Shown one piece after another: positions 41,731 through 52,456 of a stretch of DNA of 64,000 nt (within the stretch, counting starts at the first letter, position 1; every line of letters starts with the position of its first letter). The notes beneath the pieces are model-generated. The model was not told the origin of the DNA, did not search any database, and saw nothing but the letters and a program-made list of their open reading frames with translations. This DNA is from Botryllus schlosseri (Eukaryota), in contig CM119371.1 in NCBI GenBank assembly GCA_051294905.1, forward strand, positions 35,466,001 to 35,530,000, in the 5' to 3' direction. Position numbers and translations under genes: made by a program.

Positions 41731-44700
41731 GTCTGTCGCAAAATTACACGTATAGCTCTCGGATTGAAGACACCGATATTTCTATCTTAGACAAGTGCTC
41801 CACTTTTAATCACGTTCAGGAGTCGAGGCTTGTCCCAAAGCATAATCGAACCGAGTTTTAGCCAATTCTACCGTCTAGTTCGAGTCTAATTTCATCTCTA
41901 CTTTTCAGAGAAATTGCACGAGTATCATCACCTGGCCAACGTCTTTCGCAAAATTACACGTATAGCTCTCGGATTGAAGACGCCGATATTTCTATCTTAG
42001 ACAAGTGCTCCACTTTTAACCACGTTCAGGAGTCGAGGCTTGTCCCAAAGCATAATCGAACCGAATTTCAGCCAATTCTACCGTCTAGTTCGAGTCGAAT
42101 CTCATCTCTACTTTTCAGAGAAATAGCGCGAGTATCATCACCTGGCCAACGTCTTTCGCAAAATTACACGTATAGCTCTCGGATTAAAGTCGCCGATATT
42201 TCTATCTTAGCCAAGTGCTCCACTTTTAATCACGTTCACGAGTCGAGGCTTGTCCAAAACCATAATCGAACCGAGTTTTAGCCAATTCTACCGTCTAGTT
42301 CGAGTCGAATTTCATCTCTACTTTTCAGAGAAATTGCACGAGTATCATCACGTGGCCAACGTCTTTCGCAAAATTACACGTATAGCTCTCGGATTAAAGA
42401 CGCCGATATTTCTATCTTAGACAAGTGCTACACTTTTAATCACGTTCAGGAGTCGAGGCTTGTCGAAAAGCATAATCGAACCGAGTTTTAGCCAATTCTA
42501 CCGTCTAGTTCGAGTCGAATTTCATCTCTACTTTTCAGAGAAATTGCACGAGTATCATCACCTGGCCAACGTCTTTCGCAAAATTACACGTATAGCTCTC
42601 GGATTAAAGACGCCGATATTTCTATCTTAGACAAGTGCTCCACTTTTATTCACGTTCAGGAGTCGAGGCTTGTCCCAAAGCATAATCGAACCGAGTTTTA
42701 GCCAATTCTACCGTCTTGTTCGAGTCGAATTTCATCTCTACTTTTCAGAGAAATTGCACGAGTATCATCACCTGGCCAACGTCTTTCGCAAAATTACACG
42801 TATAGCTCTCGGATTAAAGACGCCGATATTTCTATCTTAGACAAGTGCTCCACTTTTAATCACGTTCAGGAGTCGAGGCTTGTCCCAAAGCATGATCGAA
42901 CCGAGTTTTAGCCAATTCTACCGTCTAGTTCGAGTCGAATTTCATCTCTACTTTTCAGAGAAATTGCACGAGTATCATCACCTGGCCAACGTCTTTCGCA
43001 AAATTACACGTATAGCTCTCGGATTAAAGACGCCGATATTTCTATCTTAGACAAGTGCTCCACTTTTAACCAGGTTCAGGAGTCGAGGCTTGTCCCAAAG
43101 CATAATCGAACCTAATTTCAGCCAATTCTACCGTCTAGTTCGAGTCGAATATCATCTCTACTTTTCAGAGAAATAGCGCGAGTATCATCACCTGGCTAAC
43201 GTCTTTCGCAAAATTACACGTATAGCTCTCGGATTAAAGACGCCGACATTTCTATCTTAGACAAGTGCTCCACTTTTAATCACGTTCACGAGTCGAGGCT
43301 TGTCCCAAAGCATAATCGAACCGAGTTTTAGCCAATTCTACCGTCTAGTTCGAGTTGAATTTCATCTCTACTTTTCAGAGAAATTGCACGAGTATCATCA
43401 CCTGGCCAACGTCTTTCGCAAAATTACACGTATAGCTCTCGGATTAAAGACGCCGATATTTCTATCTTAGACAAGTGCTCCACTTTTAATCACGTTCAGG
43501 AGTCGAGGCTTGTCCCAAAGCATAATCGAACCGAGTTTTAGCCAATTCTACCGTCTAGTTCGAGTCGAATTTCATCTCTACTTTTCAGAGAAATTGCACG
43601 ATTCTCATCACCTGGCCAACGTCTTTCGCAAAATTACACGTATAGCTCTCGGATTAAAGACGCCGATATTTCTATCTTAGACAAGTGCTCCACTTTTAAT
43701 CACGTTCAGGAGTCGAGGCTTGTCCCAAAGCATAATCGAACCTAATTTAAGCCAATTCTACCGTCTAGTTCGAGTCGAATATCATCTCTACTTTTCAGAG
43801 AAATTGCACGAGTATCATCACCTGGCCAACGTCTTTCGCAAAATTACACGTATAGCTCTCGGATTAAAGACGCCGATATTTCTATCTTAGACAACTGCTC
43901 CACTTTTAACCACGTTCAGGAGTCGAGGCTTGTCCCAAAGCATAATCGAACCTAATTTAAGCCAATTCTACCGTCTAGTTCGAGTCGAATATCATCTCTA
44001 CTTTGCAGAGAAATAGCGCGAGTATCATCACCTGGCTAACGTCTTTCGCAAAATTACACGTATAGCTCTCGGATTGAAGACGCCGACATTTCTATCTTAG
44101 ACAAGTGCTCCACTTTTAACCACGTTCAGGATTCGAGGCTTGTCCCAAAGCATAATCGAACCGAATTTCAGCCAATTCTACCGTCTAGTTCCAGTCGAAT
44201 CTCATCTCTACTTTTCAGAGAAATTGCACGAGTATCATCACCTGGCCAACGTTTTTCGCAAAATTACACGTATAGCTCTCGGATTAAAGACGCCGATATT
44301 TCTATCTTAGACAAGTGCTACACTTTTAATCACGTTCAGGAGTCGAGGCTTGTCACAAAGCATAATCGAACCGAGTTTTAGCCAATTCTACCGTCTAGCT
44401 CGAGTCGAATTTCATCTCTACTTTTCAGAGAAATTGCACGAGTATCATCACCTGGCCAACGTCTTTCGCAAAATTACACGTATAGCTCTCGGATTAAAGA
44501 CGCCGATATTTCTATCTTAGACAAGTGCTCCACTTTTAATCACGTTCAGGAGTCGAGGCTTGTCCCAAAGCATAATCGAACCGAGTTTTAGCCAATTCTA
44601 CCGTCTAGTTCGAGTCTAATTTCATCTCTACTTTTCAGAGAAATTGCACGAGTATCATCACCTGGCCAACGTCTTTCGCAAAATTACACGTATAGCTCTC

Positions 44701-47700
44701 GGATTAAAGACGCCGATATTTCTATCTTAGACAAGTGCTCCACTTTTAATCACGTTCAGGAGTCGAGGCTTGTCCCAAAGCATAATCGAACCGAGTTTTA
44801 GCCATTTCTACCGTCTAGTTCGAGTCTAATTTCATCTCTACTTTTCAGAGAAATTGCACGAGTATCATCACCTGGCCAACGTCTTTCGCAAAATTACACG
44901 TCTAGCTCTCGGATTAAAGACGCCGATATTTCTATCTTAGACAAGTGCTCCACTTTTAACCACGTTCAGGAGTCGAGGCTTGTCCCAAAGCATAATCGAA
45001 CCGAATTTCAGCCAATTCTACCGTCTAGTTCGAGTCGAATCTCATCTCTACTTTTCAGAGAAATAGCGCGAGTATCATCACCTGGCCAACGTCTTTCGCA
45101 AAATTACACGTATATCTCTCGGATTAAAGACGCCGATATTTCTATCTTAGCCAAGTGCTCCACTTTTAATCACGTTCACGAGTCGAGGCTTTTCCCAAAG
45201 CATAATCGAACCGAGTTTTAGCCAATTCTACCGTCTAGTTCGAGTCGAATATCATCTCTACTTTTCAGAGAAATTGCACGAGTATCATCACCTGGCCAAC
45301 GTCTTTTGCAAAATTACACGTATAGCTCTCGGATTAACGACGCCGATATTTCTATCTTAGACAAGTGCTACACTTTTAATCACTTTCAGGAGTCGAGGCT
45401 TGTCCAAAAGCATAATCGAACCGAGTTTTAGCCAATTCTACCGTCTAGTTCGAGTCGAATTTCATCTCTACTTTTCAGAGAAATTGCACGAGTATCATCA
45501 CCTGGCCAACGTCTGTCGCAAAATTACACGTATAGCTCTCGGATTGAAGACACCGATATTTCTATCTTAGACAAGTGCTCCACTTTTAATCACGTTCAGG
45601 AGTCGAGGCTTGTCCCAAAGCATAATCGAACCGAGTTTTAGCCAATTCTACCGTCTAGTTCGAGTCTAATTTCATCTCTACTTTTCAGAGAAATTGCACG
45701 AGTATCATCACCTGGCCAACGTCTTTCGCAAAATTACACGTATAGCTCTCGGATTGAAGACGCCGATATTTCTATCTTAGACAAGTGCTCCACTTTTAAC
45801 CACGTTCAGGAGTCGAGGCTTGTCCCAAAGCATAATCGAACCGAATTTCAGCCAATTCTACCGTCTAGTTCGAGTCGAATCTCATCTCTACTTTTCAGAG
45901 AAATAGCGCGAGTATCATCACCTGGCCAACGTCTTTCGCAAAATTACACGTATAGCTCTCGGATTAAAGTCGCCGATATTTCTATCTTAGCCAAGTGCTC
46001 CACTTTTAATCACGTTCACGAGTCGAGGCTTGTCCAAAACCATAATCGAACCGAGTTTTAGCCAATTCTACCGTCTAGTTCGAGTCGAATTTCATCTCTA
46101 CTTTTCAGAGAAATTGCACGAGTATCATCACGTGGCCAACGTCTTTCGCAAAATTACACGTATAGCTCTCGGATTAAAGACGCCGATATTTCTATCTTAG
46201 ACAAGTGCTACACTTTTAATCACGTTCAGGAGTCGAGGCTTGTCGAAAAGCATAATCGAACCGAGTTTTAGCCAATTCTACCGTCTAGTTCGAGTCGAAT
46301 TTCATCTCTACTTTTCAGAGAAATTGCACGAGTATCATCACCTGGCCAACGTCTTTCGCAAAATTACACGTATAGCTCTCGGATTAAAGACGCCGATATT
46401 TCTATCTTAGACAAGTGCTCCACTTTTATTCACGTTCAGGAGTCGAGGCTTGTCCCAAAGCATAATCGAACCGAGTTTTAGCCAATTCTACCGTCTTGTT
46501 CGAGTCGAATTTCATCTCTACTTTTCAGAGAAATTGCACGAGTATCATCACCTGGCCAACGTCTTTCGCAAAATTACACGTATAGCTCTCGGATTAAAGA
46601 CGCCGATATTTCTATCTTAGACAAGTGCTCCACTTTTAATCACGTTCAGGAGTCGAGGCTTGTCCCAAAGCATGATCGAACCGAGTTTTAGCCAATTCTA
46701 CCGTCTAGTTCGAGTCGAATTTCATCTCTACTTTTCAGAGAAATTGCACGAGTATCATCACCTGGCCAACGTCTTTCGCAAAATTACACGTATAGCTCTC
46801 GGATTAAAGACGCCGATATTTCTATCTTAGACAAGTGCTCCACTTTTAACCAGGTTCAGGAGTCGAGGCTTGTCCCAAAGCATAATCGAACCTAATTTCA
46901 GCCAATTCTACCGTCTAGTTCGAGTCGAATATCATCTCTACTTTTCAGAGAAATAGCGCGAGTATCATCACCTGGCTAACGTCTTTCGCAAAATTACACG
47001 TATAGCTCTCGGATTAAAGACGCCGACATTTCTATCTTAGACAAGTGCTCCACTTTTAATCACGTTCACGAGTCGAGGCTTGTCCCAAAGCATAATCGAA
47101 CCGAGTTTTAGCCAATTCTACCGTCTAGTTCGAGTTGAATTTCATCTCTACTTTTCAGAGAAATTGCACGAGTATCATCACCTGGCCAACGTCTTTCGCA
47201 AAATTACACGTATAGCTCTCGGATTAAAGACGCCGATATTTCTATCTTAGACAAGTGCTCCACTTTTAATCACGTTCAGGAGTCGAGGCTTGTCCCAAAG
47301 CATAATCGAACCGAGTTTTAGCCAATTCTACCGTCTAGTTCGAGTCGAATTTCATCTCTACTTTTCAGAGAAATTGCACGATTCTCATCACCTGGCCAAC
47401 GTCTTTCGCAAAATTACACGTATAGCTCTCGGATTAAAGACGCCGATATTTCTATCTTAGACAAGTGCTCCACTTTTAATCACGTTCAGGAGTCGAGGCT
47501 TGTCCCAAAGCATAATCGAACCTAATTTAAGCCAATTCTACCGTCTAGTTCGAGTCGAATATCATCTCTACTTTTCAGAGAAATTGCACGAGTATCATCA
47601 CCTGGCCAACGTCTTTCGCAAAATTACACGTATAGCTCTCGGATTAAAGACGCCGATATTTCTATCTTAGACAACTGCTCCACTTTTAACCACGTTCAGG

Positions 47701-49050
47701 AGTCGAGGCTTGTCCCAAAGCATAATCGAACCTAATTTAAGCCAATTCTACCGTCTAGTTCGAGTCGAATATCATCTCTACTTTGCAGAGAAATAGCGCG
47801 AGTATCATCACCTGGCTAACGTCTTTCGCAAAATTACACGTATAGCTCTCGGATTGAAGACGCCGACATTTCTATCTTAGACAAGTGCTCCACTTTTAAC
47901 CACGTTCAGGATTCGAGGCTTGTCCCAAAGCATAATCGAACCGAATTTCAGCCAATTCTACCGTCTAGTTCCAGTCGAATCTCATCTCTACTTTTCAGAG
48001 AAATTGCACGAGTATCATCACCTGGCCAACGTTTTTCGCAAAATTACACGTATAGCTCTCGGATTAAAGACGCCGATATTTCTATCTTAGACAAGTGCTA
48101 CACTTTTAATCACGTTCAGGAGTCGAGGCTTGTCACAAAGCATAATCGAACCGAGTTTTAGCCAATTCTACCGTCTAGCTCGAGTCGAATTTCATCTCTA
48201 CTTTTCAGAGAAATTGCACGAGTATCATCACCTGGCCAACGTCTTTCGCAAAATTACACGTATAGCTCTCGGATTAAAGACGCCGATATTTCTATCTTAG
48301 ACAAGTGCTCCACTTTTAATCACGTTCAGGAGTCGAGGCTTGTCCCAAAGCATAATCGAACCGAGTTTTAGCCAATTCTACCGTCTAGTTCGAGTCTAAT
48401 TTCATCTCTACTTTTCAGAGAAATTGCACGAGTATCATCACCTGGCCAACGTCTTTCGCAAAATTACACGTATAGCTCTCGGATTAAAGACGCCGATATT
48501 TCTATCTTAGACAAGTGCTCCACTTTTAATCACGTTCAGGAGTCGAGGCTTGTCCCAAAGCATAATCGAACCGAGTTTTAGCCATTTCTACCGTCTAGTT
48601 CGAGTCTAATTTCATCTCTACTTTTCAGAGAAATTGCACGAGTATCATCACCTGGCCAACGTCTTTCGCAAAATTACACGTCTAGCTCTCGGATTAAAGA
48701 CGCCGATATTTCTATCTTAGACAAGTGCTCCACTTTTAACCACGTTCAGGAGTCGAGGCTTGTCCCAAAGCATAATCGAACCGAATTTCAGCCAATTCTA
48801 CCGTCTAGTTCGAGTCGAATCTCATCTCTACTTTTCAGAGAAATAGCGCGAGTATCATCACCTGGCCAACGTCTTTCGCAAAATTACACGTATATCTCTC
48901 GGATTAAAGACGCCGATATTTCTATCTTAGCCAAGTGCTCCACTTTTAATCACGTTCACGAGTCGAGGCTTTTCCCAAAGCATAATCGAACCGAGTTTTA
49001 GCCAATTCTACCGTCTAGTTCGAGTCGAATATCATCTCTACTTTTCAGAG
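41660..49050. repeat. Duplication with an 18-monomer (3780 bp) period; boundaries approximate
   Basis: caccgat 41771/45551; cgtggccaac 42351/46131; caggttcagg 43071/46851; gccatttcta 44801/48581; tatatctctc 45111/48891; tttcccaaag 45191/48971. Confidence 0.87.
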
Positions 49051-52000
49051 AAGTAGCGCGAGTATCATCACCTGGCTAACGTCTTTCGCAAAATTACACG
49101 TATAGCTCTCGGATTAAAGACGCCGACATTTCTATCTTAGACAAGTGCTCCACTTTTAATAACGTTCACGAGTCGGGGCTTGTCCCAAAGCATAATCGAA
49201 CCGAGTTTTAGCCAATTCTACCGTCTAGTTCGAGTCGAATTTCATCTCTACTTTTCAGAGAAATTGCACGAGTATCATCACCAGGCCAACGTCTTTCGCA
49301 AAATTACACGTATAGCTCTCGGATTAAAGACGCCGATATTTCTATCTTAGACAAGTGCTCCACTTTTAATCACGTTCAGGAGTCGAGGCTTGTCCCAAAG
49401 CATAATCGAACCGAGTTTTAGCCAATTCTACCGTCTAGTTCGAGTCGAATTTCATCTCTACTTTTCAGAGAAATTGCACGATTCTCATCACCTGGCCAAC
49501 GTCTTTCGCAAAATTACACGTATAGCTCTCGGATTAAAGACGCCGATATTTCTATCTTAGACAAGTGCTCCACTTTTAATTACGTTCAGGAGTCGAGGCT
49601 TGTCCCAAAGCATAATCGAACCGAGTTTTAGCCAATTCTACCGTCTAGTTCGAGTCGAATTTCATCTCTACTTTTTCAGAGAAATTGCACGAGTATCATC
49701 ACCTGGCAAACGTCTTTCGCAAAATCACACGTATAGCTCTCGGATTAAAGACGCCGATATTTCTATCTTAGACAAGTGCTCCACTTTTAATCACGTTCAG
49801 GAGTCGAGGCTTGTCACAAAGCATAATCGAACCGAGTTTTAGCCAATTCTACAGTCTAGCTCGAGTCGAATTTCATCTCTACTTTTCAGAGAAATTGCAC
49901 GAGTATCATCACCTGGCCAACGTCTGTCGCAAAATTACACGTATAGCTCTCGGATTAAAGACGCCGATATTTCTATCTTAGACAACTGCTCCACTTTTAA
50001 CCACGTTCAGGAGTCGAGGCTTGTCCCAAAGCATAATCGAACCTAATTTAAGCCAATTCTACCGTCTAGTTCGAGTCGAATATCATCTCTACTTTGCAGA
50101 GAAATAGCGCGAGTATCATCACCTGGCTAACGTCTTTCGCAAAATTACACGTATAGCTCTCGGATTGAAGACGCCGACATTTCTATCTTAGACAAGTGCT
50201 CCACTTTTAACCACGTTCAGGATTCGAGGCTTGTCCCAAAGCATAATCGAACCGAATTTCAGCCAATTCTACCGTCTAGTTCCAGTCGAATCTCATCTCT
50301 ACTTTTCAGAGAAATTGCACGAGTATCATCACCTGGCCAACGTTTTTCGCAAAATTACACGTATAGCTCTCGGATTAAAGACGCCGATATTTCTATCTTA
50401 GACAAGTGCTACACTTTTAATCACGTTCAGGAGTCGAGGCTTGTCACAAAGCATAATCGAACCGAGTTTTAGCCAATTCTACCGTCTAGCTCGAGTCGAA
50501 TTTCATCTCTACTTTTCAGAGAAATTGCACGAGTATCATCACCTGGCCAACGTCTTTCGCAAAATTACACGTATAGCTCTCGGATTAAAGACGCCGATAT
50601 TTCTATCTTAGACAAGTGCTCCACTTTTAATCACGTTCAGGAGTCGAGGCTTGTCCCAAAGCATAATCGAACCGAGTTTTAGCCAATTCTACCGTCTAGT
50701 TCGAGTCTAATTTCATCTCTACTTTTCAGAGAAATTGCACGAGTATCATCACCTGGCCAACGTCTTTCGCAAAATTACACGTATAGCTCTCGGATTAAAG
50801 ACGCCGATATTTCTATCTTAGACAAGTGCTCCACTTTTAATCACGTTCAGGAGTCGAGGCTTGTCCCAAAGCATAATCGAACCGAGTTTTAGCCATTTCT
50901 ACCGTCTAGTTCGAGTCTAATTTCATCTCTACTTTTCAGAGAAATTGCACGAGTATCATCACCTGGCCAACGTCTTTCGCAAAATTACACGTCTAGCTCT
51001 CGGATTAAAGACGCCGATATTTCTATCTTAGACAAGTGCTCCACTTTTAACCACGTTCAGGAGTCGAGGCTTGTCCCAAAGCATAATCGAACCGAATTTC
51101 AGCCAATTCTACCGTCTAGTTCGAGTCGAATCTCATCTCTACTTTTCAGAGAAATAGCGCGAGTATCATCACCTGGCCAACGTCTTTCGCAAAATTACAC
51201 GTATATCTCTCGGATTAAAGACGCCGATATTTCTATCTTAGCCAAGTGCTCCACTTTTAATCACGTTCACGAGTCGAGGCTTTTCCCAAAGCATAATCGA
51301 ACCGAGTTTTAGCCAATTCTACCGTCTAGTTCGAGTCGAATATCATCTCTACTTTTCAGAGAAGTAGCGCGAGTATCATCACCTGGCTAACGTCTTTCGC
51401 AAAATTACACGTATAGCTCTCGGATTAAAGACGCCGACATTTCTATCTTAGACAAGTGCTCCACTTTTAATAACGTTCACGAGTCGGGGCTTGTCCCAAA
51501 GCATAATCGAACCGAGTTTTAGCCAATTCTACCGTCTAGTTCGAGTCGAATTTCATCTCTACTTTTCAGAGAAATTGCACGAGTATCATCACCAGGCCAA
51601 CGTCTTTCGCAAAATTACACGTATAGCTCTCGGATTAAAGACGCCGATATTTCTATCTTAGACAAGTGCTCCACTTTTAATCACGTTCAGGAGTCGAGGC
51701 TTGTCTCAAAGCATAATCGAACCGAGTTTTAGCCAATTCTACCGTCTAGTTCGAGTCGAATTTCATCTCTACTTTTCAGAGAAATTGCACGATTCTCATC
51801 ACCTGGCCAACGTCTTTCGCAAAATTACACGTATAGCTCTCGGATTAAAGACGCCGATATTTCTATCTTAGACAAGTGCTCCACTTTTAATTACGTTCAG
51901 GAGTCGAGGCTTGTCCCAAAGCATAATCGAACCGAGTTTTAGCCAATTCTACCGTCTAGTTCGAGTCGAATTTCATCTCTACTTTTTCAGAGAAATTGCA

Positions 52001-52259
52001 CGAGTATCATCACCTGGCAAACGTCTTTCGCAAAATCACACGTATAGCTCTCGGATTAAAGACGCCGATATTTCTATCTTAGACAAGTGCTCCACTTTTA
52101 ATCACGTTCAGGAGTCGAGGCTTGTCACAAAGCATAATCGAACCGAGTTTTAGCCAATTCTACAGTCTAGCTCGAGTCGAATTTCATCTCTACTTTTCAG
52201 AGAAATTGCACGAGTATCATCACCTGGCCAACGTCTGTCGCAAAATTACACGTATAGCT
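47650..52259. repeat. 11-monomer (2311 bp) tandem duplication abutting the retrotransposon
   Basis: acaactg 47671/49982; gccattt 48581/50892; aagtagcgcg 49051/51362; ccaggcc 49281/51592; shared 1-bp T insertion 49672-49676/51983-51987; acagtctagc 49851/52162. Confidence 0.9.
52247..52259 (+). repeat. Target-site duplication, left copy (TACACGTATAGCT)
   Basis: Identical to 57815-57827. The first two bases (TA) are ambiguous with the TAA tail, so the TSD is 11-13 bp. Confidence 0.95.
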
Positions 52260-52456
52260 GGCATTCCCGTCTGACCGTCGTCGAGTACGGAGGTCTCTCG
52301 TGAAAGAATAATTATCGCTAGTCTTCGTTTGCCTCATTAGGTATCGATACTCCGCGAGGTTAGGTCTTTACGTAGTGTATATGCAGACGTGTCTCTTGGG
52401 ATCTTTGTCAGGTAGTTAGTAGAGTGTATACCCTCACCGCCTTGAAAGGGTAGGTG
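52260..52456 (+). promoter_or_regulatory. 5' UTR with probable internal Pol II promoter (initiator-like CATT at 52262)
   Basis: The element begins GG-CATTCCCG. CA(G/T)T starts are typical of I/Jockey-type internal promoters. CGGAGGT at about +26 to +32 is only a weak match to the downstream GACGT-type promoter element. Confidence 0.55.

Larger units (their letters stand above)
1..52259. repeat. Tandem satellite array, 210-bp monomer, about 249 copies (left of the retrotransposon; probably continues beyond the window start)
   Basis: TAGACAAGTGCTCCAC recurs at 1, 211, 421, 631, 841 and onward. Consensus: TAGACAAGTGCTCCACTTTTAATCACGTTCAGGAGTCGAGGCTTGTCCCAAAGCATAATCGAACCGAGTTTTAGCCAATTCTACCGTCTAGTTCGAGTCGAATTTCATCTCTACTTTTCAGAGAAATTGCACGAGTATCATCACCTGGCCAACGTCTTTCGCAAAATTACACGTATAGCTCTCGGATTAAAGACGCCGATATTTCTATCT. 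All monomers have the same orientation and carry only a few substitutions each. Confidence 0.99.

Noticed and set aside
1..52259. CRISPR array
   Set aside because: The whole 210 bp repeats. There are no unique spacers and no cas genes, and the context is eukaryotic.
52260..52340. HDV-like 5' ribozyme, as in R2 or L1Tc/Ingi elements
   Set aside because: I could not find a P1 partner for GGCATTC or a nested pseudoknot by eye. An initiator-type promoter is the simpler explanation.
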